Of a stretch of 64,000 nt of DNA, positions 10,093 to 20,006 are shown one piece after another; position 1 is the first letter of the stretch, and each line of letters opens with the position of its first letter. The translations under genes and the position numbers were made by a program. The stretch comes from a virus (taxonomy: Duplodnaviria; Caudoviricetes): positions 85,845 through 149,844 of the IMG/VR virus record IMGVR_UViG_2595698834_000001; one strand, written 5' to 3'. Under the pieces are notes generated by a model that was given only the letters and a program-made list of their open reading frames with translations, ran no database searches and was not told the origin of the DNA.

Positions 10093-12129
10093 TTATTGAT
10101 CTTGAATCTCACAGTTAAACGTAGCACGAGCCCTTACATCGGCTGCGGTGATTACTATGGATTTCTTCCCGACAGCATTTGCGCTATTCCAATTCATATC
10201 CTCAGCGGCATCGTCTGATACTCTGGTCCATTTAAAACGACTAGCATCAATTGAGTCTGTGATCTCTTGGTCTCCTCTAAACACTTTACAGAAGATAGTT
10301 GTATTAATCAGCCCATCCTTAAACACGAGTCCGTTTGTACTGAAAATCTCTGCCTTATAAGGTACCTTCTTTTCGACCTCTGTTACTCGATCATTAGTAT
10401 TTTGAATGTCTTCCGTTGCCTTTTTCTCAACGTCTGCGATTTTCGTGTTAACGTCTGAGACAGCTTTAGTAAACTCCTCTGATTTGACACGACTCTTGAT
10501 CTCATTATCGAGAATAGTAAACTGTGCCTCTGTATACCTCCTAGATGCGTTCTCAGCTTCTTTAGCCATGGATAGTGCTATTGCATCTGCTGCCTTTTGA
10601 AACGCCGCAGAGAGGTTAGCAATAGCTGTTCTGTAGTCTTGGAAAGCTCCGTTAACTGCTTGACGGTCTTCATCGGTTATCTTTCCGTCCTGTATTGCAG
10701 CGTTAATGATGTCTATAAGCTCAGCGAATTTGCTATCATAGGCGCCTTTGGCAACTTCTAAAAAGTCATGTTGCTCCGTAGGCAAGTACTCGTTACTAAT
10801 CATTTCTTCGTACTTTGCGTCAAGATCAATCTTCTCAGTTCTAAGGTTGTTTATGTATGATTCAATGACCTTGGCTTCAGCTTGGTCAATAATTCCGTCT
10901 TGGAAAGCTCCTTCGATGTAGTCGTCAAGATTCTTTATAACATCGTTAAGGTCATCAATTTCTTTCTTGGCTCCGTCATAGAGTTCCTTTGATTTCCTCT
11001 CGACTTCTTCAAGATCAACGTCTAGCTCTTCTCTACTTACCTTCATATCTATTTTACCATTAACGACTGTAATTTCTGTTTTTATGTTGTTGAGGTCGTT
11101 AATAATGTCCTCTAGTGGGTTTTCCCCGGGTTCCCCTCCGCCCCAAGAGGATATCGGTTTTCCATTTATGTAAACACCTTTGCTGTTGACTGTAAGCTCA
11201 TGTTCTCTTGACTTCATGATTACGTCTCCGTCATCATTTATGCCAATCTTAGAAAACTTCTCCGGATCACCTTCAGGGTCAGTAGTCCCTTTGTTTTGGA
11301 CAATGTGAAATGTACCATCCGTAGTCATCTCCATGAAGGTGATTCCGGTCCCTTCTTTGTGCCTGCTGCCCATTCTAACCGTACCGTCTGCCTTAATGAA
11401 GAATGTTACCCTATGGCTCTCGTAAATGCCTTGGTGGACATACAACACAGTCGGAGAAGCAGCTGACTTTGGCTCTATTAACTCGCCATTAGCGTAGCGG
11501 GAACTAGGGAGATCGTCATAGTCAAACCCTCCGTCCTGCACATAGGAGTTGTCAGGATCAGAGTCAGTTATGTATAAAAATGACTTGCCTGAGAAGGTTA
11601 CTTCTTGGTTTCCATGTCCGTCAATGTTTCTATAAGTCATAGAAGGATATAAAGTGAATAGCTGCCACAGCTCTTGTTGGATAGCCTCCTGAGACTCATC
11701 AGCGCTAGAAAATGTTGTTCTTGTGAGCTGAGATTGGTTATCTGTATCTCCGTAAATATTTAGAACGATAGGCTGATCCTTGCTGCCTTCGAGGTAACCT
11801 ATTAAGACAAGTGATCCTACAGTCATTAGTGTGTTACTTCCGTATACGTTCCCGTCAGGAGTTGTACCTCCAAAAGCTACAGGTAGTCGTGCTGAGAACT
11901 TTCCGTTGTCGTTAGGGTTTCCTCCGGTCGTGTTCTTGTAGATTGTTGTAGTAACGTCTACTGTATTATATTTGTAGTTAACTTTCGTTACTCGAGCGAG
12001 GGATAGTTTAACAACTTTGTCTCCTTCTTTGTATCTACGCTCCCGTTCAGCTCCTAGTGTAGACTGGAACCTCATAGGCTCTAACGGGTTTAAAAAGTTT
12101 CCAAATTCGTTATCTGCCATTACATTCAC
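10093..12129 (-). CDS. Tail/baseplate central spike-like protein
   Basis: LARVTKVNYKYNTVDV OB-fold-like N-terminus, then beta strands and coiled coil; follows the tail lysin as in related myoviruses. Confidence 0.6.
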   Translation of the reverse strand: MNVMADNEFGNFLNPLEPMRFQSTLGAERERRYKEGDKVVKLSLARVTKVNYKYNTVDVTTTIYKNTTGGNPNDNGKFSARLPVAFGGTTPDGNVYGSNTLMTVGSLVLIGYLEGSKDQPIVLNIYGDTDNQSQLTRTTFSSADESQEAIQQELWQLFTLYPSMTYRNIDGHGNQEVTFSGKSFLYITDSDPDNSYVQDGGFDYDDLPSSRYANGELIEPKSAASPTVLYVHQGIYESHRVTFFIKADGTVRMGSRHKEGTGITFMEMTTDGTFHIVQNKGTTDPEGDPEKFSKIGINDDGDVIMKSREHELTVNSKGVYINGKPISSWGGGEPGENPLEDIINDLNNIKTEITVVNGKIDMKVSREELDVDLEEVERKSKELYDGAKKEIDDLNDVIKNLDDYIEGAFQDGIIDQAEAKVIESYINNLRTEKIDLDAKYEEMISNEYLPTEQHDFLEVAKGAYDSKFAELIDIINAAIQDGKITDEDRQAVNGAFQDYRTAIANLSAAFQKAADAIALSMAKEAENASRRYTEAQFTILDNEIKSRVKSEEFTKAVSDVNTKIADVEKKATEDIQNTNDRVTEVEKKVPYKAEIFSTNGLVFKDGLINTTIFCKVFRGDQEITDSIDASRFKWTRVSDDAAEDMNWNSANAVGKKSIVITAADVRARATFNCEIQDQ

Positions 12130-12135
12130 CTACCT

Positions 12136-14280
12136 TTAGGGTCTTTTAACATGCCCATTAAATTTCTGCCACCAGTAACCACTAGTCATATCCGCTTCAG
12201 CGATACCGCTGCTACTTTGTGCTCCGATAAATTTACCGTTCCCGTTGTAGATACCGATATGCCCATCCCGCTTATATGTATCAAAATACACTAGGTCTCC
12301 TTTTTGCAGCTGTGCTTTTGCTGCTGTCTTAGACGACCCCCTAGAACTAACAGTTCGTAGCTGAGGATCACTAGCAATGGTGTCTGTAGTCATTCCTGTC
12401 TTTCCACCTTTAAGTGTTATTCCGTTAAGATAGAAACACCACCAAATGAACGAAGAACAGTCAACGTTTACAGTTCCGCTGAGGAATGGGTTCTTTCCAT
12501 TTCTTCCTCCGCCAAATACATACTTCGACTTTCGGGACGTGGCTGCTTGAGCTGTTTGAAGGGCTCCCATGGCTCCTCCGCTACCAGTACCACCTCCCCA
12601 GTCTCCTCCGCCGTTCCCATCTGCGGGAGTGCTACTGGCTTCCTGTTTCTTTCTCTGTAGCTCTGCAAGGGAAAGTTCTCCTAGATATCCTCCTAGGAAC
12701 TCCTTAGATTTTCCCCATAGATTTCCGAACCGGTTTGAGCCTCCGTTAGGTAGACCTCGAGTAACCCCTACAACAGTTGTGTACCCATTAGCAAAGCTGA
12801 ACTCATGTTGGACAGCCTCAATGTAAAACTCCCACGTAGTATCCCTCTCAAAGTCAACGTAGTAAAGTTTCGAACCTACTCTATATGTAGGTGACCCTAT
12901 AATACGAATATCTCCATTATAGAAGTTAGCATTCTCGCAGTACCAGTTAAACAGTTTTTGTGTAAATGCTTCTAGCTTGTCAGTAGCGATAGAGTTTTCT
13001 TTGTTCACGCTCTGCTTTTGGTCAGATGTACCCGTCTCTGATAGGATGTCTCGGTACCTCTCACTTGTAAGGTCGTTATCTTTTAAGGCATCAATAATTT
13101 TGTTAATTGACCCTTTAGTTAGAGTTGGGAAAGTAGTCGCCATTTCGGAGAAAATAACGTTTCTTTGTGTTCTAATAACTTCCGGCTCATCAAACTTATT
13201 GTCAGAAATAAGTCCTAGAACTTCCCCATACTTAGGGGCGTCTCCCGTAATGTTTTGAACATTCGGATTTGTTGAAGCAGTGATTGTACCGGATAGAAGG
13301 TACCTATTTTGGGCGTCTAGTCTCTTGTACCCGTATTTCTTTATTAGATCTGGGTGGAACTTAGGGAATACTCCTAAGTCGATATTGTTGAACTCAGCTA
13401 AGTTAGGTGCCTGTACAACGAACAGGGAGTACATTTCTGCGTCAGATTTTCCGAACGTTTCTTCTACAACTACATCCGAGGTTATTCGGTACACTGGTAG
13501 CTGCGCCCATTTATCAGGATCGAATGGAGTTGGTCTCATTAGTGCTGCACATTTACCGTCCTTCGTGAACTCGAAGAACAGTTCGTTGAAGGGTTTAGCA
13601 GTAACATCATCGAGAAACTGCCGGATGCTGCCCTCATAGTTGATAAAAGGTGTGCTGTCTCCTAGAGATTCATATTCTTCCCAGCTAGAGAAGCTGTGCT
13701 CTAAGAAATCCGGTAAGCTTTTCCCGCCTGCGAACTCGTATGTGGCATACTGATAAATAAATCTATTCATCAATTCATTTCCGATACCTGCTGCGGTGTT
13801 TCCTGAAAATTTTAACCCTTTGTCTTCTCCATCCGGTAGCCAACCAATTGTTGGCACGTTAGCTGACACTTCTTGGATTACTCCTACTTCAAAGTCAATA
13901 AGTGCCTTTGTCATTGCTCGACCAGTAATACGGTAAAGAATAGTTCCGTCTGCGTATTCTCCGTCTCTTCGAATGTCAGAAATCATGCCTACCATTATGT
14001 ACGGGTTATCTGGACTAGGTTTTGTTCTATCTGGGTATACTCTAATACGCACTGCATCTCCAGAGCTTAGGAGTGTATCCCATTTCTCTTTAGCTAGTAG
14101 AACCAGTGAGAACACGGGGCTGTCATCTGACGAGGCATTTTTCGTGCTGAAGGAGATGAGCGATTCTTCGAAGTCTTTTGACGTTAGCGCTTTTTGTGTA
14201 TCGTACACTATGTTGTATGAATTTTCTTGTGTATAGAAATTTATTTTGAATGTTGGGTATCTTTTAACTGCGGTTGTCAC
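12136..14280 (-). CDS. Tail-associated lysin / baseplate hub with C-terminal NlpC/P60 peptidase
   Basis: YVFGG...DCSSFIWW...GDLVYFDTYKRDGHIGIYNGNGKFIGA NlpC/P60 Cys-His motifs. Confidence 0.85.
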   Translation of the reverse strand: MTTAVKRYPTFKINFYTQENSYNIVYDTQKALTSKDFEESLISFSTKNASSDDSPVFSLVLLAKEKWDTLLSSGDAVRIRVYPDRTKPSPDNPYIMVGMISDIRRDGEYADGTILYRITGRAMTKALIDFEVGVIQEVSANVPTIGWLPDGEDKGLKFSGNTAAGIGNELMNRFIYQYATYEFAGGKSLPDFLEHSFSSWEEYESLGDSTPFINYEGSIRQFLDDVTAKPFNELFFEFTKDGKCAALMRPTPFDPDKWAQLPVYRITSDVVVEETFGKSDAEMYSLFVVQAPNLAEFNNIDLGVFPKFHPDLIKKYGYKRLDAQNRYLLSGTITASTNPNVQNITGDAPKYGEVLGLISDNKFDEPEVIRTQRNVIFSEMATTFPTLTKGSINKIIDALKDNDLTSERYRDILSETGTSDQKQSVNKENSIATDKLEAFTQKLFNWYCENANFYNGDIRIIGSPTYRVGSKLYYVDFERDTTWEFYIEAVQHEFSFANGYTTVVGVTRGLPNGGSNRFGNLWGKSKEFLGGYLGELSLAELQRKKQEASSTPADGNGGGDWGGGTGSGGAMGALQTAQAATSRKSKYVFGGGRNGKNPFLSGTVNVDCSSFIWWCFYLNGITLKGGKTGMTTDTIASDPQLRTVSSRGSSKTAAKAQLQKGDLVYFDTYKRDGHIGIYNGNGKFIGAQSSSGIAEADMTSGYWWQKFNGHVKRP

Positions 14281-14381
14281 TTACAATCACCCTTTATATT
14301 TTTTATCACGTAAATCAACCCCCTCATATACTATTATAACACGAGTATTCTAAGTTATCTAGGAACAACAAAAGAGAGCTG

Positions 14382-17300
14382 TTACGCCCTCTTTGTCTCT
14401 TTAGAGTAGAAATTTGCCGAGCTGTACACTCGTGCTTGCACCGCTTGCCCGATTTTTTTAAGCTCACTACTATTCTTAACCTTCTCAGCTACAGACTCGT
14501 TACCACTAACTGAAACGTTAATATTTGAGTTGACCTGTAGTTTGCTACTTGAGGCAGTCGCTGTAGCTGCTCGTGATTTGCTATTGTCTTTATACTGAGT
14601 GGAACCGAATTTGTCATAAAAGTCTTGAGCATATTTTTGACGTTTCGGCATTGCTGATCCTCCTGACCGTTCGAAAGCTTTCTCGAACAGTTCAGTAGCG
14701 TTAGACACGTTAGCTCCTTTAAGGGCATCCATACCTCCATTACGGTTCAATATAGACTTAAAGGTGCTCTCTCCGCCGTTCATTTCTTTCCACATGAATT
14801 GGAGCTGTGTGTCTAGTGAGTTGACGTCCATTCCGCCCTTTTTAGCAAAATCGTGAAGGTTTTTCTTACGTCCTCCTAGCCATTGACCTACACCGAACGC
14901 TCCACTAGAGCTATTCTTGGCTGTAGGATCGAGACCTGATTCTTGCTGTAGGTTCCCCATGATACCCGCTATCGCAGACGGCTTAAAACCTTTGTCAGAA
15001 AAGAAATTCCATATCTTCTCTGAGTTGCTATTCCCTTCAAGAGGACCAGCAGCTACTGTACCTGTAGCGTCATTAGACGTGTTGGAGCCGAAGATACCAT
15101 TTTGAAGTCTTGCTTGGTTTAGCATGGCTTCTGCTCTTGATAGGAGGTTTTCGTAAATCTTAAGGTTCTCTCGCTCCTGAGCAATGTTATCGGTTCTTTT
15201 TGTTTCTGCTCGATCCTTGGTGTTGGTGTTCTCTTTGTCTAGCTGATTCTTTACGGTAGCCTCTTGGGTCTTGGATGTGGTTTCATTTGTTTGCGTTGCT
15301 GCCGCAGCAGTTTCGTTTTTACCTCCATCAAACATTCCACCAATCCATCCACCTAAGCTACTACCTGCGATACCTCCGACGATACCTCCACCAATACCTC
15401 CGACAATGTTACCGACTCCCGGTACAATACTCCCTAGAGCTGCTCCGGCTGCTGCACCTGCTCCGATACCACCTAAGATACCTCCAGCTGCTGCACCTGT
15501 AGCTTCACCCTTCTTGTCTTCAGGTGCCATAACGATAGACCCTACTCCGGTTGCAATACCGATAGGGAGTGCTGCTTTACTTAGGAATGATCCTGCTTTT
15601 GAAAGCATACCACCCGAAGCTCCCGTTGCTGCTCCTTCTACGGCTCCACTTGCTGCGCCTCCGCCTCCGAACCATCCTCCGATTTTACCTAGGATGCCTT
15701 TAGAACCTCCGGATGCGCCTTCAGCTGCTGCGGTTGCGGCAGATGATATAGGTCTGCCATCTGCTCCGACAATGCCTCCAGTACCAGCTGCTCCAGTACC
15801 AGCTGCGACACCTCCGCCCCCGCCGGGACGTCCTCCAGTGCCTGCTGCGAATGTTGTAGCACCTCCGGGTCCTCCTGTAGCATGTTGCCCTCTACCGAAC
15901 CTGCCGGATAGAGCACCTACGCCTTTACGAAGTAATGCTGACCCGCCTAATGAGGCTGCTGCTGTTGCAGCTGCGACAGTGAAGGCTCCCATAGCTAGGA
16001 TACCAGCGTAGGTAGCAGCGTTGAACCCTGACATGCTTGCATTAGCTTTACGAAGAACTTCTCCGTAGTCGTAGAGTTGCGTGGCTTGTTTCTGTGTAGT
16101 TGCGTCACTTTGGTTATCAGTAGCCTCATGTGACTTTTGGTACTGGTCTAGCTTATCAGCTCCTGCCTCTGCACCTACACCTTTGTTACCTTCAAGAACA
16201 CCTTGTAGATTCTCTTTTGTTAGAGATCCGTTCCTGTATAGTCCCATAAGTCCTTCTGTCTGAGAGGATGTTATATCTACTCCTAGCTGAGATTGGACGA
16301 TTCTTGCAAAGGCTTCATTCTGTCCGGACTCATCGGTAGTCACACTTTCCGCAGCAGCTGCGAGGTCACGTATGTTGTCAGGATTACTTATCCCTTTCTC
16401 CATGCGTTCTCTGAGCTCCCAGCTTCCGCTTAGACCTTGGTACTTCGTACCTTGCCCCATAAGGAGTCTTAGTTGCGGGTTGTTAACACCTTGACGTAAA
16501 CCTTCATTCATATTCGTTAAGAGTTGCCCGCCTTGTTCTCCTTGAAGCGATCTAACACCTGTACCAGCTAACATAGACTGCATTCCCATGACGTTCATGA
16601 CGTCTTGGTTATTTAGGGCTCTACCATTTGAAACGCTCCCTAGAAGCCCCTGTAAAGCTTTTAATTGATCCTTCTCTCGACCTTCCATACCGCTTTGCTT
16701 GATAGCGCCAATGAAGCCATCTTGAATGTCTTTCACTTGGTTACCGCTAACTGCTCCTGTCTTGAACATAGAGCTAAAGAAGTCACCTGTAGTCTGTGCA
16801 TCTATTCCAGCTGAACGGGAGAATCTCGCTTGGTTTACCATTGCAGAGTTAAGATCGTCCATATTAGAGAATCCATTTGCAGACATATACCCGCCTTGGA
16901 ATTGCAACATCTCTTGACCTGTGAAACCTAGTTTATCCTGTAGTCCACCTTCAAGAGCCGCATCTCTAATTTGGCTACGCCATTGGTCTCCTTCAAGACC
17001 TGCGTGGCTACCCATACCGATAACATCGTCACGCATACCTTTATTCAAAGAAGCGCCTTGCATATATAGACCGCCTGCTACAGCACCTACAGCACCCGTC
17101 ATCGCAAAACCTAAAGCAGGGGCACGTTCATAAGCCATACCAAGAGCAGTTCCTCTATCCGGTTTAACCTCTACTCCGCCATTCTTTGATACACGTTGAT
17201 TATACTGTTTCATGTTCTCAGTAGTTCGGTTAAGGACACGGTCAAACTCCATACGTGCTTCTCTTTCTTTATCTAACGCTTCGATAGTCTGTTGAAGAGC

Positions 17301-18134
17301 GACCTTCTTATCAATCTCAGCTTGTGTAGCTGCTGGATTGTTTTCAATATCTTTAATCTGACTACTAATGTCTGTACGTTTCTGACCTATCTTGGTCATC
17401 TCGTTAAGGTTTTGCTCTCGCTGCCTTGTATAGTCTTGTGTTGCTGTGAAGTAGTCTTTTTTAAAGTTCGAGGCTTGTTGGTGAGACATATAGTTGGAGG
17501 CTTCAGCTCGTCTTGATAAGCTCTCAGATCGACGATCAAGTTTCATTACTTCTTGAATTTGTGTCTTCAGGTCTTTAACTTTGCTTGTAACTCCGTCGGT
17601 ATCCTGTGCCATTTGCTGCATAACACGTTTTGCTCTATCGAAGTTCTCGGCACCGGAAGGTAAGTTGTACACATCGTTAGAGTTAAAGATGTGCTTAAAG
17701 TCTTTGCTGGACTTCTGTTGGAAACTTACAGTCTCCCTATGTCGTGCTAAGGTTTTTTCGTATTCTCGTTGCAGCTGCCTTTGTTGCATAATAGCGTTAC
17801 GAGATTGATCGTCCATAGCCTGTTTTAACTTGTTTATTTCCTGTCTCTGCTGCTCGGTAGCTCCCTTTGGTATCTGAATACTTGAAGACATATCTCTCAT
17901 CTTCTGCTTCAACTGGTTAAGGTCTCCGCTCATGTTTCGATACATTCTAGTCAGCTGCGACATAGATCGTAAACTTTTGTCCATATCCTTTTGGGTAGTT
18001 GTGGAGTAGCTGTCTACACCTTTGTTACGTATGTCTTCGATAGTCTGCATGTGCTTTTCAAGCTCTTGTAACTTTGCAACTGCTTTACTAGTTTCAGCAT
18101 CAACATTAAAAATATACTGTTCTACGTTAGCCAT
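14382..18134 (-). CDS. Tape measure protein with C-terminal phage tail lysozyme domain
   Basis: 1250 aa with helical and Gly/Ala-rich segments; IWNFF...AIAGIMGNLQQESGLDP...GVGQWLGGR...FEKAFER lysozyme motif. Confidence 0.85.
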   Translation of the reverse strand: MANVEQYIFNVDAETSKAVAKLQELEKHMQTIEDIRNKGVDSYSTTTQKDMDKSLRSMSQLTRMYRNMSGDLNQLKQKMRDMSSSIQIPKGATEQQRQEINKLKQAMDDQSRNAIMQQRQLQREYEKTLARHRETVSFQQKSSKDFKHIFNSNDVYNLPSGAENFDRAKRVMQQMAQDTDGVTSKVKDLKTQIQEVMKLDRRSESLSRRAEASNYMSHQQASNFKKDYFTATQDYTRQREQNLNEMTKIGQKRTDISSQIKDIENNPAATQAEIDKKVALQQTIEALDKEREARMEFDRVLNRTTENMKQYNQRVSKNGGVEVKPDRGTALGMAYERAPALGFAMTGAVGAVAGGLYMQGASLNKGMRDDVIGMGSHAGLEGDQWRSQIRDAALEGGLQDKLGFTGQEMLQFQGGYMSANGFSNMDDLNSAMVNQARFSRSAGIDAQTTGDFFSSMFKTGAVSGNQVKDIQDGFIGAIKQSGMEGREKDQLKALQGLLGSVSNGRALNNQDVMNVMGMQSMLAGTGVRSLQGEQGGQLLTNMNEGLRQGVNNPQLRLLMGQGTKYQGLSGSWELRERMEKGISNPDNIRDLAAAAESVTTDESGQNEAFARIVQSQLGVDITSSQTEGLMGLYRNGSLTKENLQGVLEGNKGVGAEAGADKLDQYQKSHEATDNQSDATTQKQATQLYDYGEVLRKANASMSGFNAATYAGILAMGAFTVAAATAAASLGGSALLRKGVGALSGRFGRGQHATGGPGGATTFAAGTGGRPGGGGGVAAGTGAAGTGGIVGADGRPISSAATAAAEGASGGSKGILGKIGGWFGGGGAASGAVEGAATGASGGMLSKAGSFLSKAALPIGIATGVGSIVMAPEDKKGEATGAAAGGILGGIGAGAAAGAALGSIVPGVGNIVGGIGGGIVGGIAGSSLGGWIGGMFDGGKNETAAAATQTNETTSKTQEATVKNQLDKENTNTKDRAETKRTDNIAQERENLKIYENLLSRAEAMLNQARLQNGIFGSNTSNDATGTVAAGPLEGNSNSEKIWNFFSDKGFKPSAIAGIMGNLQQESGLDPTAKNSSSGAFGVGQWLGGRKKNLHDFAKKGGMDVNSLDTQLQFMWKEMNGGESTFKSILNRNGGMDALKGANVSNATELFEKAFERSGGSAMPKRQKYAQDFYDKFGSTQYKDNSKSRAATATASSSKLQVNSNINVSVSGNESVAEKVKNSSELKKIGQAVQARVYSSANFYSKETKRA

Positions 18135-18184
18135 GAGATCACGCTCCTTTCATAAAAAGTGGGTAAGGGTGCAGAACCCTTACC

Positions 18185-18775
18185 CTACAGTGCGGTGAAG
18201 TCGTCATCGTCATCATTCTCACCATTGAATAGTGAGATAGACTTATCCATTACTTCCTTGTTTAGTACTGCCGAGCTATCGTCCTGCTTACCTTCGATAA
18301 TTGCTCGGTCGTCCACAAGTTTACCTTTTCCACCAGCAGACTCTATATCTTTTGCTTTATCAAGAGCCTCTTGAAGTCGTTTGTTCATGTACTGCTCTAC
18401 TTCAGTCTCTTTGGCAGTTTGTCCGCCTTCTTCTCGATATTGACTATACTCGTCAAGACCTTCAAACTTACTATCAAGATTTTTCATATCCTCTTGTTTA
18501 GTAAGTTTCTCGACCTGCTTGGCGATGTCTTCAGCGTCATGATCGTCTTTAAGTACATCCCATTCATCAACATCACGATCCCATACTTCCTCATCGAATG
18601 TTGTATCGTAGTGTTCAGACTCCACAGTAAGTCCTTTTCTTGCAAGTTCCATCTCTCTAGCATCCTCATTCATAGACATAATCAGTAAAGTGATCTGTTT
18701 GTCTGACAGGTCTCGGAAAGAGGGGTCGGTTGGCAAAGTCTTAAACGTCTTCATGATTCCCCAAAGGTTCCTCAT
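18185..18775 (-). CDS. Tail assembly chaperone, frameshift-extended part (gpT-like)
   Basis: Frame stays open upstream to 18829 and joins the upstream gene by a +1 shift at TCC TTT CGA. Confidence 0.75.
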   Translation of the reverse strand: MRNLWGIMKTFKTLPTDPSFRDLSDKQITLLIMSMNEDAREMELARKGLTVESEHYDTTFDEEVWDRDVDEWDVLKDDHDAEDIAKQVEKLTKQEDMKNLDSKFEGLDEYSQYREEGGQTAKETEVEQYMNKRLQEALDKAKDIESAGGKGKLVDDRAIIEGKQDDSSAVLNKEVMDKSISLFNGENDDDDDFTAL

Positions 18776-18821
18776 ATACGGTGTTCTTGCTAAGACTTTG
18801 TAACCACCTAGTGAATCTACC

Positions 18822-19229
18822 TTAGCGTCGAAAGGAGTTTAGCCACTCTTGGAAATCCTTCCCGATAGTATATAAAACGTCAAGGTTATAGATGTCCTCG
18901 TCATTAGCTAACTCTTTTGGAACGTCAATACCTACTACACGTAAAGAAGCAAGCGCATTGTAACTAACAATAAAGTAGTCACTAGCGTAGTTGTTCATTC
19001 CGTTTAAATAAACAGCTGTACGAGAATGAATTTTACCAGCATCAATAGCGTTAGGCGCTCGTAACTTTACTGTGAAGGGTTTATCAAACTCTGCGAAGTC
19101 GTACGTTTTCTCGAATACATCATTAACCCCTCGGATGATACGATCAATAGCTTTCTTCTGTTCAAACTGCTTTTCGACAGCAAGCTCCTCAGAAGTTTTT
19201 TGTGTATTATTTTCTAAATTTTCTGACAT
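18822..19229 (-). CDS. Tail assembly chaperone (gpG-like)
   Basis: Lies upstream of the tape measure gene; ends ...NSFRR* over a slippery site. Confidence 0.8.
   Translation of the reverse strand: MSENLENNTQKTSEELAVEKQFEQKKAIDRIIRGVNDVFEKTYDFAEFDKPFTVKLRAPNAIDAGKIHSRTAVYLNGMNNYASDYFIVSYNALASLRVVGIDVPKELANDEDIYNLDVLYTIGKDFQEWLNSFRR
18828..18836 (-). promoter_or_regulatory. +1 programmed ribosomal frameshift site UCC_UUU_CGA
   Basis: The +1 frame reads F-D-A-K-V-D-S-L-G-G-Y-K-V-L-A-R-T-P-Y-M-R-N-L-W into the next ORF with no stop. Confidence 0.75.
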
Positions 19230-19259
19230 GTTTAAATCCTCCTATGTAATGTCCTTACT

Positions 19260-19272
19260 AATAATATAGCAG
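19260..19272 (-). promoter_or_regulatory. Late-promoter-like motif TGCTATATTA
   Basis: (T/C)GYTATATTA-type motif recurs upstream of structural genes (also ~28940, ~30780, ~45700). Confidence 0.55.
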
Positions 19273-19311
19273 TGTATAGTGTCCTATTTACATTATAACA
19301 TACAAAAGGGA

Positions 19312-19896
19312 TTACTCCCCTTTGTACCGGTAGTAACCCCAACTTGCTTTTGTAACTCTCGATTCATACTCCCTAACCTGTTGGAGTAGGGCGTACATGG
19401 AATGTGTCGGAATGTTTCTCTTTTCTAATTCTTCTTTAAGTTTGTTAAGGCTAATCGGCTCTTTGGCTTCTTTTAGGATGTGTACAACAAGCTTAGCGAC
19501 TTTCTTAACGTCTCGTCTATCTGACCCTGATCTCGATGTTTTATACTTGCCTCGTCTCTTTCCTTTGTTAGCAGACTTACGAGGAGACGTTGTAGCAAAC
19601 GGCAATGGAATATCATCCTCTCTTTCATTGTCGTCAGTTACGTTAAATGAGTTATTTTGGTTATAGGCTCTCACGACTGCTGCTGTAATGCTATCATTTT
19701 CTGTTCCCGTATTATTTTCTATTTTATTTTCATCTATTAGTGGAGTACTAATTGAATCTAGCTTTTCTATTTTTTCAACTACGCCTTTGAGTTCTTCTTG
19801 TACCATTTCTATACGATATTGGCGGTAAACCACCTGCTGTTTAAGATATTCTGCATACATACGGTTTGCTTCTCTTTCTGTGTACATCTTTTCCAT
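19312..19896 (-). CDS. Rok-like DNA-binding protein (xenogeneic silencer homolog)
   Basis: N-terminus MYTEREA...IEKLD resembles B. subtilis Rok MFNEREA...LRELD (recalled sequence); basic linker KRRG; C-terminal winged helix ending VTKASWGYY vs Rok VKKPYRGQY; similar length (194 aa). Confidence 0.6.
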   Translation of the reverse strand: MEKMYTEREANRMYAEYLKQQVVYRQYRIEMVQEELKGVVEKIEKLDSISTPLIDENKIENNTGTENDSITAAVVRAYNQNNSFNVTDDNEREDDIPLPFATTSPRKSANKGKRRGKYKTSRSGSDRRDVKKVAKLVVHILKEAKEPISLNKLKEELEKRNIPTHSMYALLQQVREYESRVTKASWGYYRYKGE

Positions 19897-19942
19897 TGTT
19901 CGAACACGCTCCCTATTAGTTTATTTTTCTCTCTGTAAGGTA

Positions 19943-19971
19943 ATAATACTAGAGGTTGTAGCATATGTCAA
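19943..19971 (-). promoter_or_regulatory. Sigma-A (early) promoter for the Rok-like gene
   Basis: TTGACA-17nt-TATTAT. Confidence 0.7.
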
Positions 19972-19980
19972 CAAGATAAT

Positions 19981-20006
19981 AAAAAAAACAGGAGAAAAAT
20001 CTCCTG
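19981..20006 (-). terminator. Intrinsic terminator
   Basis: ACAGGAGA-TTTT-TCTCCTGT plus T-run. Confidence 0.7.

Noticed and set aside
15271-16011. 246-aa Pro/Ala-rich plus-strand ORF
   Set aside because: Antisense shadow of the Gly/Ala-rich part of the tape measure gene; no RBS
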